Virus record (IMG/VR): IMGVR_UViG_3300038438_000005
Reading direction: 5' to 3' (one strand)
Origin: a virus
Length of the DNA: 49,546 nt
Under the pieces are notes generated by a model. The model was not told where the DNA came from, did not search any database, and worked only from the letters and a program-made list of their open reading frames with translations. A program made the translations under genes and the position numbers. Below are positions 1 through 9,443 of the stretch, in pieces. Position 1 is the stretch's first letter. Every line of letters starts with the position of its first letter.

Positions 1-53
1 ATATGGTCGGGACGGAGTGATTCGAACACTCGACCCCTAGCACCCCATGCTAG
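1..53 (-). repeat. att core repeat, left copy: displaced 3' fragment of tRNA-Pro(GGG)
   Basis: It is identical to 49494-49546. The reverse complement gives an anticodon arm CTAGC-ATGGGGT-GCTAG, a T arm GAGTG-TTCGAAT-CACTC, the acceptor 3' strand CGTCCCG, then A and CCA. Sequence 54-130 lacks the complementary 5' acceptor strand (no CGTCCCG on the plus strand) and any D arm, so this copy is not an intact tRNA. Confidence 0.85.
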
Positions 54-143
54 CGGGAGTCCTGAAAAGCCTTTAATAGCAGCACCTTACGTTGGCGCCC
101 ACTGCAATCGACGCCTAACGATGCTTTACGAAGATTCACGAAT

Positions 144-161
144 CCCCGCAAAACTCCCTAC
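144..161 (+). promoter_or_regulatory. Candidate integrase arm-type site (left arm)
   Basis: CCCCGCAAAACTCCCTAC matches 49430-49447 (CCCCGCAAAAGTCCCTAC) at 17 of 18 positions, in the same orientation, about 90 nt inside the core repeat. Confidence 0.4.
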
Positions 162-175
162 AGGCTTTCTGACAG

Positions 176-188
176 AAAGTCCCTGCGC
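176..188 (+). promoter_or_regulatory. Candidate integrase arm-type site, second left-arm copy
   Basis: AAAGTCCCTGCGC resembles AAAGTCCCTACGC in the right arm (49437-49449), with one mismatch. Confidence 0.3.
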
Positions 189-298
189 CCCGGCGTCCTG
201 CCGACCTAACACCAGACAACCAACACTGACACGCCAGGCTTTCGCTTGTAGAATCCACCCAAAGGACACAGTCCACACCCCTTAAAAGGAGCATCACC

Positions 299-466
299 AT
301 GCAAACGAATTACGAAGGCGACGACACCGACCAAAACGGCACCAGTCAAAGCACCACCGGAAAGCCTTGGCACGCATTCGTCTTCCTGCTGGCCACCGCT
401 GCCATATGGTGGGCCTGTGGCGAGCTGTTCGACATCCCTGTCAATCCAGTTCACTGGTTTAAGTGA
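299..466 (+). CDS. Small membrane protein, 55 aa (below the ORF-track cutoff), at the att-proximal end
   Basis: AAGGAG at 286-291 lies 7 nt before the ATG. The product is MQTNYEGDDTDQNGTSQSTTGKPWHAFVFLLATAAIWWACGELFDIPVNPVHWFK, with one hydrophobic helix. Third-position GC fits the rest of the phage. It competes with the 206-454 minus-strand ORF, which has no SD. Confidence 0.5.
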   Translation: MQTNYEGDDTDQNGTSQSTTGKPWHAFVFLLATAAIWWACGELFDIPVNPVHWFK

Positions 467-477
467 TCTTCAGCAAA

Positions 478-2424
478 TCAGATCTGTCGATAGTTGACCA
501 GGGCGTATAGCCCTGAATTGATAATGTCGACGTTTGCCGCCGAGGTCATTGCGCCGGCAGTTACGACATTGCTGGCTCCTATGGACTGGATTTTCACCCT
601 TGCTGCAGTGGCCGATCCAATCGTCACATCTTCAATGCTGTCCACTACCCATCCAGCAGGAGGAGTTATGTTCAGGATGCTTGACGTTCCTGTTCCGCTG
701 TACACCATGCTGAGCGCAGCAAATGCGCCAGGGGCTTGGGTTCCAAGGTAACTGACCAGTGTAGGCGTGGCAGCGCACTGAACAAGCGCGGTAAGCCTTG
801 TTCTAGCCACTGGGACTTTTGAGAAATTCCCATCGATTCCGATAAGTGCCTGACGAACCGGCAGAAACTTGCCGTAATCCAGCGGCACATCCGGAAACAC
901 CAAGTTCTTCAGTATATTGAAAACGATGGTGTCACCAAGTCGATTAAAATGGATGTTGTCGTATCGGTAATACGAAGGGTCGATTTGCTCAAGCTGGCTG
1001 TGCATATCGATCAAAGAGCATGCATTATCGTCAGCAACCTTTCGCATACCCTTGATATACCGCTTCGCCGTTACTCTGTCGTATGACGATGTTGGCGGCG
1101 TTGACATCAGTATGATTTCGCAATGAGGCTTGGCAGCCCTCGCCAAGTTTATAAAGCTGACCAGGTTATTGCAAAATGCCTCAACGGTTACGCCTTGCCC
1201 GATATCGTTAGCACCGATTATGTAGAAAATATAATCAGGGCTGTATGGCGCGACCAGCGTCGAATACTCGGCCAGGATCTGCCCAGATGTCCAAGCTCCC
1301 TTGCCTGTCAGCTTTGGCACACGCCGCTGGCCGTCACCTACACCATAGAACCAAAGGTTCCCGCCTGGCGTCCCGCTCGCATAGCGAACGTTAGTGACTG
1401 TTGCATATTCACCATCGTGCGGGACGAACATGTACCCGTGAGACTGGTAGTGCCCATCGGGAGAGGCGTTATTATATTCAACTCCATCGACTTCAAAAAT
1501 GCACGAATCAGAAACTGGCACATACGAAATAACAAGACACTTGGCCCCAGTGTAAGCGTTTTGCAGAATTAGCTTCTTTGCCACGGTCGAAAAGTAGAAG
1601 TTAACTACCTTCTGATTGATCGCGTAGTTGTATATGTTTGAGGTTAAATATGTTTTATCAGCATCAGTACTGATGTTCACATCCTCAATCGGTACAAATG
1701 CAGGCGCGACTGTCAGGCACAAGTCGCGGACCAGGTGCGGCCAGGAAGACAGGCCAAATGGATTTTCCGTGGCATATCCACCTCCGAGAGTCGGCCAATC
1801 TACTGGATAGTCAAAACCACTGATCGACAAGCTATCGCCTGTGATCACCCCATTCAGGCTGTTGGCGATATCGCAAAGGCTGGTGCTGATCCGGCGCAGC
1901 GATGGCCGAATGATTGTGTAGTCATCGCCGGTTATGTAATCAAAATACCCCCTTACGGTGCTCACCTCTCCGTTTGGGAGGGTAGCTCCGACATGGTTAA
2001 AGCCATCCGGCGATTCGATCAGATCCATATTCCCCTGGTTAAAACCTTCCTCTGTTTCGAACTTAATGTTCGAAGTGCCAAAGAGGACGGGGATTGGAGT
2101 GATTAGCCTCCAGATGAGGGGAATGCTGTCAGTAACCAGGGTGCCGAACACTGCATCAAGGGATCCGTCAAAGTCCTTGGCGCGCTGCCATGCAGTGCTG
2201 CGGGCAATGTAGATCCCGTTGGTTGTTTGATCCGCCTGTCCATTTACCCCTACCCGGTCCCCATCAAGCACGGTTGCAGAGACTGCCGTCCCGTCCGGGG
2301 TCACGGCATTAATGGTCTGTTCACCAAAAAGGGTGATCGACGATGACGTCATGATCTTGATCGGGGCCTTCACAGCGACCGACGTGGTGAGACCATCTAT
2401 TCGACTGATCATGGTGGATGGCAT
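478..2424 (-). CDS. Tail fibre/tailspike (receptor-binding protein) with a C-terminal SGNH/GDSL-like hydrolase domain
   Basis: It is the last gene of the virion operon (648 aa). The C-terminal part has GxND (IIGANDIGQG) and DxxH (YDNIHFN) blocks of SGNH hydrolases, but the expected block I reads GVGDGQ, not GDS. The central part is visibly lower in GC than its neighbours. Confidence 0.65.
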   Translation of the reverse strand: MPSTMISRIDGLTTSVAVKAPIKIMTSSSITLFGEQTINAVTPDGTAVSATVLDGDRVGVNGQADQTTNGIYIARSTAWQRAKDFDGSLDAVFGTLVTDSIPLIWRLITPIPVLFGTSNIKFETEEGFNQGNMDLIESPDGFNHVGATLPNGEVSTVRGYFDYITGDDYTIIRPSLRRISTSLCDIANSLNGVITGDSLSISGFDYPVDWPTLGGGYATENPFGLSSWPHLVRDLCLTVAPAFVPIEDVNISTDADKTYLTSNIYNYAINQKVVNFYFSTVAKKLILQNAYTGAKCLVISYVPVSDSCIFEVDGVEYNNASPDGHYQSHGYMFVPHDGEYATVTNVRYASGTPGGNLWFYGVGDGQRRVPKLTGKGAWTSGQILAEYSTLVAPYSPDYIFYIIGANDIGQGVTVEAFCNNLVSFINLARAAKPHCEIILMSTPPTSSYDRVTAKRYIKGMRKVADDNACSLIDMHSQLEQIDPSYYRYDNIHFNRLGDTIVFNILKNLVFPDVPLDYGKFLPVRQALIGIDGNFSKVPVARTRLTALVQCAATPTLVSYLGTQAPGAFAALSMVYSGTGTSSILNITPPAGWVVDSIEDVTIGSATAARVKIQSIGASNVVTAGAMTSAANVDIINSGLYALVNYRQI

Positions 2425-2447
2425 CTGTCTTTCCTTTTCTCGGGACG

Positions 2448-2472
2448 AAAAAAAGCCCGCTCAGTGGCGGGC
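2448..2472 (-). terminator. Intrinsic terminator between the core-protein gene and the tail-fibre gene
   Basis: On the minus strand the sequence reads GCCCGC-CACTGA-GCGGGC followed by TTTTTTT. Confidence 0.6.
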
Positions 2473-2492
2473 TTCGGTGGTTGCGGCGGTTT

Positions 2493-5042
2493 CTAGCGGG
2501 CGATGCCCAGTGGATCTAGGTAGCTTTGTGATGGCCGGACAAGGAATTTCTGGCCGTTTTCTTGTTGGATGCGCTGCTCTGTTCTACGCAGTGAACCTGG
2601 GTTCATGGCCTCTTGCACCGACCACAGGAACAGGTGGTCCATGGCGATACGCGTGTAGAACAGGTTCAAGAACGGGGTGTTGTTCTGGGCCAAGCGCATG
2701 GCTGACGAAGCGGCGTCATCACCAGAACGAACCTTGGCCCACAGGTCAATGAGGTTTGAGGCGGTTCCCAAGGTTGGCCCTGCCAGGCTTTCCAGCGGCT
2801 TGTTGCCGAATCGGCTGACCTCTCCAAACATGAAGTCACCCATGATTCCGAACCCGCCACCTTGCGTCATTGCGGCGATCCAGGTCTTGGGGTCATCTGC
2901 CGGCCGTGGCTCACGGCCTTTCACTGCATCCTTTGCGGACATGGATAGGTAGCCAAAGGCCGTAGTCCACAACATCAACTGGGCCATGGCCAGGCGCTCA
3001 CCGTTACCATTGCGCAGGGCGGCTATCAGATCCTTGCTGCCACGGTAACCCTCGCCAAGCGGGGTAGGCGCGTACCCACGCCCATACAACTCCCGGCCCA
3101 TGGTCTTTTGCATGTACGCGGCCGGGAAGCTCTTGAACTGAGTCATGAATCGGTTGAGTTCGCCCATGACCGTGCCAGGCCGGGTGCCTTGGTTCATGAT
3201 TGAGCGCGTGCGAGCGTCCGGCTCCAGCACTGCATAGCTGACCCGGTCGTTGACGTAGGCCCGCAGGCTGCGCTCCAGGCCTTCGCGGGTTTCGCGGATA
3301 GCCGCATCAGAAACCTTGCGGCCCTGGGCTGACAGGTAATCGCCGATGCTCTTGTCTGGAATACCCGGAATGCCGTCGGTGGTCAGGTAGTCCCGGCCAT
3401 CAGCCATGCGGGTATCCATCGAACGCAGTAGATCCCACTTGCCGGCGTCCAGGTCGTAAAGACCAAGCGTGCGGCGCAGGCCTTCGTCCATCGCCCCCCA
3501 TGCCCGCCCTTTGTTCTGGGCCAGGTTGTGGGCCATCATCAGGCCGGCGCTAGCCTTGTTGGCATCAGTCCACCAAGACAGGCCGTTGAGCTTGAAGAAA
3601 AGCGACATCCCCCGCGACATCTTACCGCCAACAGAGTCATCGGCCGAAAAGCGCCGCATGATCTCCCCTCGCATTGCATCCCCATAAACCCCAAAGCTCG
3701 ATAGGATTTCACGCTGCTCCAGGCTGCCACGCCCTTTGACCAGGCCGGCAGTCATTTCCCCCAGCGAACCCAGGAAGCTCTTGCCCTGATACCTCATTTC
3801 ACTGGCGGCAACAGGAAGGTCCGTAAAGCTCGACAGCAACGCGCCACCCAGCTTTGACAGTGACTGCCAAGCCCGCACGTTGGCGGACACCCTGGCGCCC
3901 CAAGCGCTGCCAGGTATACGGGTTGCACCGCTGACCTCGGCAAAGCGGTTGGCGATCATGTTGTCGCGCGCCGTGTTGAAGTTGGTCAGGGCTATTGGGT
4001 CTCCAGACTTGCGCACATCCTCGGCCAGAATATCCATGGCCATGTTGAGGTTGGACTCTGGGTTTGTTCCCAGACGCCGCATAATCCCGGTGTTCTGACC
4101 AGCCATATCCAGGCCGCGCAATACAGACTCTCGCAGGTTGCCGGTTCCGAACATCGTGTTGTATTCGTGCCAAGCTACGCCATCCTTGAAGTGCAGCACC
4201 CGTTCTTGGCTGATCTTCTTGGCGATGTTTGCCGGGCCTTTGAAGCCATTGGCTGGGGCGTCTTTCGGCGCCTTGAGGTGATCGCCAGACACCAGTCCGT
4301 CATATACGCCACGCAGGAACTGAGTAGGGTTGGAAACATCCTCAAAGGTGCGGGGGTCCAGCCGTGGCTGAATTTCTTCCAGCCACTTGTCGAATCCTGC
4401 AGACCCGATCTTCTCCCCGTCGTGGCTTTGCCGAGCAATGTATCCAGGCAGGTCGCCGATGTTGGCGCCGGCGCGGTTCGCATCAATGCGCGCCGCCTCC
4501 TGATATTTCTGGATGGTCTTGGCAATTCCGACCACCTGGTCATTCAGCTTTGATGTGTCCTGCTTGGTCCCGATCTTCCAAAGTGCATCGGCGATATCGA
4601 CATCCGAATCGCCCTTGGCCAGGATTCCGGTGAGGTCTTGACGTTCCAGGTCGTGGATCAAACCACCGATATAGGCGTCACCCAGCGCTTTCTGCTCGGC
4701 GGCTACCGACATGCGTGAACCTTGGCGGGCCAGGTTGGTGCCCACCAGCAGCGATTCAAGGCCCAAGTCTGGCCGATCTGCAAAGCTGCCACGCACAAAG
4801 GATACAATCTCGCCCCGACGGCGCAGGTTGAGCAAAGCGTTTCGCTTCTCGATCAGCGCTGCGTGCTGGGCCTGCTTGCCCAGCTCGTCTGCGGCGCGCA
4901 GGGTGGCCTGTTCCATACCAAGCGCACCCTCGCGGGCCATCAGTTCCTTGGCCCTGCCACGCAACAGTTCGAAGATCTCAGCCACTTCTCTGTCTTCCAG
5001 ATTGCCAGCAGCAGCACGAACAGCATCTATGCAAGGTGTCAT
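2493..5042 (-). CDS. Large internal virion/ejection protein (T7 gp16-position)
   Basis: 849 aa. Its ATG overlaps the upstream stop as ATGA at 5039-5042. Its position just before the tail fibre fits podovirus core-protein order. No enzymatic motif was recognised. Confidence 0.5.
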   Translation of the reverse strand: MTPCIDAVRAAAGNLEDREVAEIFELLRGRAKELMAREGALGMEQATLRAADELGKQAQHAALIEKRNALLNLRRRGEIVSFVRGSFADRPDLGLESLLVGTNLARQGSRMSVAAEQKALGDAYIGGLIHDLERQDLTGILAKGDSDVDIADALWKIGTKQDTSKLNDQVVGIAKTIQKYQEAARIDANRAGANIGDLPGYIARQSHDGEKIGSAGFDKWLEEIQPRLDPRTFEDVSNPTQFLRGVYDGLVSGDHLKAPKDAPANGFKGPANIAKKISQERVLHFKDGVAWHEYNTMFGTGNLRESVLRGLDMAGQNTGIMRRLGTNPESNLNMAMDILAEDVRKSGDPIALTNFNTARDNMIANRFAEVSGATRIPGSAWGARVSANVRAWQSLSKLGGALLSSFTDLPVAASEMRYQGKSFLGSLGEMTAGLVKGRGSLEQREILSSFGVYGDAMRGEIMRRFSADDSVGGKMSRGMSLFFKLNGLSWWTDANKASAGLMMAHNLAQNKGRAWGAMDEGLRRTLGLYDLDAGKWDLLRSMDTRMADGRDYLTTDGIPGIPDKSIGDYLSAQGRKVSDAAIRETREGLERSLRAYVNDRVSYAVLEPDARTRSIMNQGTRPGTVMGELNRFMTQFKSFPAAYMQKTMGRELYGRGYAPTPLGEGYRGSKDLIAALRNGNGERLAMAQLMLWTTAFGYLSMSAKDAVKGREPRPADDPKTWIAAMTQGGGFGIMGDFMFGEVSRFGNKPLESLAGPTLGTASNLIDLWAKVRSGDDAASSAMRLAQNNTPFLNLFYTRIAMDHLFLWSVQEAMNPGSLRRTEQRIQQENGQKFLVRPSQSYLDPLGIAR

Positions 5043-6796
5043 TGTCCGTTCCTTATGTCGCATACGGCGGCAGCGCGGTATGCCTTCGAGTATTGTTCGG
5101 CGCGGTCGGCCTGGGCCTGGGCGGCGTCCGCTTCGTCACGGCCGGCGGCCAGCACATCAGCCCGGTCTTTCTCTGGAAGCTGATCCAGCATTTCCTTTAC
5201 CAGGGCTTCGTCCTCGTCGAATTGCTGGCGGATGGCTTCAAAGTCGTCCTGCGGCTGGGACTTTGGCGAACTATCCGCGCGCAGGCTTTCAGCTTGGCCC
5301 TCTGGGTCAATGCGCCGTGCCGGTGGACGCTTCACATACTCCAGGGCTCCAGCAGCTTTGCCGGGGGCCTCAAGGTCAAACAGCGCCTGTACATCCACAT
5401 CCCGCCCGCTGACTGCCTGGGCTACGGCAGTGCGCAGAGCGCTATCACGAACCTTCCAGTCAGCGCCATCGGCAGTCTCTCTGGCTGTGCGGATGGCCGG
5501 GCCCAGTGGGCGTTGCTGGTAGCCCTGCATGATTTGCTTGGCGCGGGCCTCGATCTGCGGGCGCAAGCGCTCTGGAACCTCGCCCCGCTCAATCAGGCCA
5601 AGGTCGCGCCGATCAAACTCACCGGCACGGTTGAGCTCAAGGGTGGTATTGATCTCGGCCTGGCGGGCACCGATCTGCTCTCTCTGCGTGGCTATAGTGT
5701 CCCTGGCAGCACTCTCGGCCTGCTTGCGGGTCATGTTCTGGCCCTGGAACTCTTTCGCCAAATCCTTAAATGTTGCATCCAGCCCCATGGCGCGCTGGGT
5801 TAGCTCCAGGCGCTCTGCATGCAGGTCCGCAACGCTGCCGATTCGCTCGCCGGCAAGCGTTGGGCGGATTTCGTCAATGGCCTGGCGCTCGGCATTGCGG
5901 TAGAGGGTGGCGCTGTCGGCGTCGAGATCGCGGGCGAGCGCGCCACGCAGGGCGGTTTCTGGATCTTGGTCAAACATCCGCTCAAAGTCCGCGGAGCGCA
6001 TTGGCTGCGGCGCCTGACGATCAGTCGAATTCAACACACTTTCAACCTGTGGCGGGGTCTCCGTTGCAACTCTCCGACGCAAAGCATCAGATACAGCACC
6101 ACCAACCGAGTGCAATCCACCACCCAACAACCCGCCCATGGCGATGTTCGCCAGGGAGTCGGACAGGCCGTATTCAGTCTGGTCAAGGCCGGCAGCGAGC
6201 AATGGCAATGGCTCAATGATCGCTGCGCCCACCGCACCCTCTACAACGCCAACACCAGCGCGCACGCCAGCACGGCCAAGAGGTGACGCAGCACGGCCAA
6301 GCATTGCCGCATAGCGAGCTTCGCCCACCACCGGAACGAATACCGAGGCGATGTTGAGTGGATCAAGCAGAGAAGCCGCGATACCTGCGGCCAGTTGTGT
6401 GCCGAAAGATCCGCCGTTCGCCCGGGCCATTACCTGCTGGCGGGCTGCCTGCTCCCGGTGCCGATCGATCAGGATATCCAGTGCGCCTTGGCGGATGCCC
6501 TGCTCGGGGATCTTGATCTCCAGGCCCATGCCTGCGACCTTGTCCCGAGCTGTCGTGACATCGAGCAGCGGAGTATCAGGCTCATTACGCGGCGGAACCA
6601 AGATTGACTCAGTGTCGCCGGTCAGCCGCAGGCCTTCCTCGGCCTGCTGCAACTGCTCGGTGCGTACTATTGCGCTGGATGGGTTGGTCGAAAATGCCCC
6701 ACTGAAGGAGGCATCAAACACTTCTCCCGAGTCGGCCGGGATATCAAGCATCGTCCGCCGGTCGAGTAACGGCGCATCGCCCGCATAGATCGTCAT
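5039..6796 (-). CDS. Internal virion/ejection protein
   Basis: 585 aa, ATGA-coupled to the upstream gene. It has an Ala/Gly-rich hydrophobic stretch (GVGVVEGAVGAAIIEPLPLLAAGL) and an acidic coiled C-terminal half. Confidence 0.45.
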   Translation of the reverse strand: MTIYAGDAPLLDRRTMLDIPADSGEVFDASFSGAFSTNPSSAIVRTEQLQQAEEGLRLTGDTESILVPPRNEPDTPLLDVTTARDKVAGMGLEIKIPEQGIRQGALDILIDRHREQAARQQVMARANGGSFGTQLAAGIAASLLDPLNIASVFVPVVGEARYAAMLGRAASPLGRAGVRAGVGVVEGAVGAAIIEPLPLLAAGLDQTEYGLSDSLANIAMGGLLGGGLHSVGGAVSDALRRRVATETPPQVESVLNSTDRQAPQPMRSADFERMFDQDPETALRGALARDLDADSATLYRNAERQAIDEIRPTLAGERIGSVADLHAERLELTQRAMGLDATFKDLAKEFQGQNMTRKQAESAARDTIATQREQIGARQAEINTTLELNRAGEFDRRDLGLIERGEVPERLRPQIEARAKQIMQGYQQRPLGPAIRTARETADGADWKVRDSALRTAVAQAVSGRDVDVQALFDLEAPGKAAGALEYVKRPPARRIDPEGQAESLRADSSPKSQPQDDFEAIRQQFDEDEALVKEMLDQLPEKDRADVLAAGRDEADAAQAQADRAEQYSKAYRAAAVCDIRNGQ

Positions 6797-8877
6797 GGCA
6801 TGAACCCCATTGGCGCCACACGGTACTGATCAGGCTCTCTCAACCCCTTCTGTTGAAGGTCGGACCAGGTGCGCGTGATGGGCTGTCCATCCTTGCCGCG
6901 CACTCGGTAGCCGTTCAACGTCAGTGACAGGCCGCTTTCATCATCATTCGGAACCCACTGGCCGCTGCTTTGCAGGGCGCTATGCAACTGTTTCAGGTTC
7001 TGCTCCTCGGTGACGCCAGCAAAACCGGGCAGCGGCATCAGCTCATCAGGCTTGATCTGGCGCATCGAATCCGTGGCTCCGCGGTGAACAGCCTGGGTAT
7101 CCAGGGTCTTTGGCACGCGGTAGGTTTCAAAGAAGTCATATTTATCATTCACCATGCCGCCGACTACGCGCTTTGCGGCATCGGCTGGGCTGTCACCCTG
7201 CAGGACGTAGGACGTCGCGGTGCGCAGGGCAGCCCTGTACATGGTGCTGTACGTATTGATCCCGCCAGACTGGCCTTGCAGCGACTCTGCGAAACTGGAC
7301 ATTTCAGACTGGACAGACTGGACAATCTGGTCCTTTTGCCCCTTCTGTAGGCCTGCATTCAGGTCGGCATCCTTGATGCTGGCAACCGATGCCATGCGCT
7401 CGGCCACGTCTTTTGGCAGGCCGGTAGCAATTACCTGGGCTTCTGCCGGGAGTTTGTTGCCGACCTGCTGAAGAACAGCAGGGAAGTCCTTACCCCACAG
7501 TTGTTGTTGCTGCTCAATCATGGTGGCCGCACTTTCTCCGCTGCCGACCTGGCTATTGAAGGTTGCCGCCAGTTGATCAGCTGCGGCATCAGGCAACAGC
7601 TTTGGCTGCTGAACGCCGAGGCGCTGCTGCTCGGCAACGGTAGTCATGGCATACGCCTGATAAGCCTCAGGCGTTCCGGCCTCTTGAGCGGCGCTATAGG
7701 CCCTCTGTACGACTGGGCTGTACTTGGCAACGTATGCGGCGGGGTCTGTCTGCTGCTGCTTCATCAGTCCGACGGCAACACTGGTTAAGTGCTGGTATAG
7801 CTGACTGTCTTCCTTGAAACCCTCGCCAGCCGTGCCATCCTGCGCGGGCTGGAACCTGGACAATATTGCTTGACGCTCTTGCGGGTCAGCAGTGGCAAAC
7901 TCACGAATGGCAGGCGCCAGGGCTTGAGGCTTGGCCACCTCACTTTCGTAACGCTTGGCAGCCTTCTCTGGGCCGTAAGCCGCCACGAAGTCGGCCTTTG
8001 TTGGCGCGTCGTTGAACTCAAGGCCCTGTGACCATGCGGCCTGGGCATCCTGGACGCGACTCCCCAGTTCCATACGGTTGATGGCCTGCATCTGGCGGGC
8101 CTCTACCTGGCGCTGGCGGGCTTCGGCCTCAAGACGGCGGCGCTCAGCCTCAACCTGATTTTCGGCCTGCATTTTCAGCTCGGCGCGCTTATCGGTAGGG
8201 ATCAGATCAACAATCCCCGGTTTGCTCAGGGCGTCAAGGCGGGCGGCTGGCTCCAGCATCCGAACGGAGGCCAGGGCATAGTCCTCCGTGGCGCCCTGGC
8301 GCATCCTGACCGCTTCTTGCTCAGTCAGATAACCACGGTCTTTTGCCCCTTCAATGGCGTCTGTCGTGGACTTGATAACGCTGGCCCGAGCTTCGTCGTC
8401 AGTGGATTGCAGGGCTATCTCTCGGTTTGCCGCAATGGTATCCATCAGGGCGCCACGACCGACGTCCGTCTCTTTGCTTTTGGCCTTGCGCGCTACAGCC
8501 CCAAGCCCGCGCTGGATATCGAGGTCAAGATCCTGCTGGAAAAGAGCCCGATCGCTTGGGGAAGTGACCATAGCGATAGCCTGATCGCGCGCCTTGGTCA
8601 TCTTGTCGCCGTATCGCTTGGCGTATGTGGCGTAGTCCTGATCCTGATCAAGCTCGTTTTCGGCCTCAATCTGGGATTTCAGGAACGACGATTTCGCCAT
8701 GGCGAAGTTGTATCTGTCCTGTTTCTGGATCGCCTTGTCTGCAAACTCAGTAACGGCCCCGCCAATTGCTTGCCCGATCTTGGCATTAGCCCTGGCCACC
8801 TGGGTTCCGTCATAGGTCGAAACGCCACGATTTGACTGAGCTACTGGCAGCGGGGCATTAATGCTCGGCAGTTGCAT
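6793..8877 (-). CDS. Internal virion protein (T7 gp15-position)
   Basis: 694 aa, Gln/Ala-rich and helical. It is coupled to the upstream gene by a TAATG overlap. Confidence 0.45.
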   Translation of the reverse strand: MQLPSINAPLPVAQSNRGVSTYDGTQVARANAKIGQAIGGAVTEFADKAIQKQDRYNFAMAKSSFLKSQIEAENELDQDQDYATYAKRYGDKMTKARDQAIAMVTSPSDRALFQQDLDLDIQRGLGAVARKAKSKETDVGRGALMDTIAANREIALQSTDDEARASVIKSTTDAIEGAKDRGYLTEQEAVRMRQGATEDYALASVRMLEPAARLDALSKPGIVDLIPTDKRAELKMQAENQVEAERRRLEAEARQRQVEARQMQAINRMELGSRVQDAQAAWSQGLEFNDAPTKADFVAAYGPEKAAKRYESEVAKPQALAPAIREFATADPQERQAILSRFQPAQDGTAGEGFKEDSQLYQHLTSVAVGLMKQQQTDPAAYVAKYSPVVQRAYSAAQEAGTPEAYQAYAMTTVAEQQRLGVQQPKLLPDAAADQLAATFNSQVGSGESAATMIEQQQQLWGKDFPAVLQQVGNKLPAEAQVIATGLPKDVAERMASVASIKDADLNAGLQKGQKDQIVQSVQSEMSSFAESLQGQSGGINTYSTMYRAALRTATSYVLQGDSPADAAKRVVGGMVNDKYDFFETYRVPKTLDTQAVHRGATDSMRQIKPDELMPLPGFAGVTEEQNLKQLHSALQSSGQWVPNDDESGLSLTLNGYRVRGKDGQPITRTWSDLQQKGLREPDQYRVAPMGFMP

Positions 8878-9443
8878 TACATGTTCCTCACAAAGGCGGG
8901 ATTGTTGTAGAGCGGTGTTTGCTGGCCTTGGGTATTAACCCCAGAGCCGCCACCGCTGTTGGCTGCAAGGCCTGACCCGTACTTTGACGCCAGGTTAGCA
9001 ACGCCAGAAATAAGGGTTCCTGTTGCCGCCTTCTTGCCTGCCGTTTCTGCCTGGCTGCCGCCGTATCGAGTGACGCTTGCCTGGGTTTCAAGCCCGCGCG
9101 CTGCCTGCTCGCCATTGAACATATCGACAAGGGCCGCGTACTCGCCCTGCCCCTCAAGGTCTGCGATACGGTTGACCACGTCGACAGAACCAGCACTGCC
9201 AGAGGCCGCACCGACAGCCTGAGCCCTTGATGCTGCGATACGACCTTGGCGCCGGGACTCAATCGCACGGCGCTGTGCCGTAGCTCTCTGTGCCTTGGCG
9301 TTGTCTTCATACTGATCAGCAGCAAACTTTGCCGACTCGTTCTGTGCCGCCCCCGCTTCTCGCTGCGCGCGCATAGTGCTAACGGTCGATATAACCGTCC
9401 CAGCCGCTGCAATGTAGGGAAGTGCCGCTGCTAGGAATGCCAT
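8877..9443 (-). CDS. Small internal virion protein (T7 gp14-position)
   Basis: 188 aa with an N-terminal hydrophobic helix (MAFLAAALPYIAAAGTVISTV) followed by an Ala/Gln/Arg-rich region. The alternative frame 8888-9412 was rejected. Confidence 0.45.
   Translation of the reverse strand: MAFLAAALPYIAAAGTVISTVSTMRAQREAGAAQNESAKFAADQYEDNAKAQRATAQRRAIESRRQGRIAASRAQAVGAASGSAGSVDVVNRIADLEGQGEYAALVDMFNGEQAARGLETQASVTRYGGSQAETAGKKAATGTLISGVANLASKYGSGLAANSGGGSGVNTQGQQTPLYNNPAFVRNM

Noticed and set aside
1-130. Left-end repeat as an intact tRNA gene
   Set aside because: Beyond position 54 the sequence cannot form the D arm or the 5' acceptor strand. Only the 3' 50 nt of the tRNA are present.
206-454. 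82-aa minus-strand ORF at the att-proximal end
   Set aside because: It has no SD, and its composition is Gly/Cys/Val-rich and odd. It fully overlaps a plus-strand 55-aa ORF that has a near-perfect AAGGAG and typical codon bias.
4711-5412. Long antisense or alternative-frame ORFs inside confident genes (for example 4711-5412, 5036-5803, 8888-9412, 14086-14976, 16417-16917, 21367-22116, 25924-26751, 29451-30167, 40711-41226)
   Set aside because: These are shadow ORFs typical of high-GC DNA. Their products are Arg/Ala/Pro-rich, they lack SDs, and they overlap genes with clear motifs or operon coupling.
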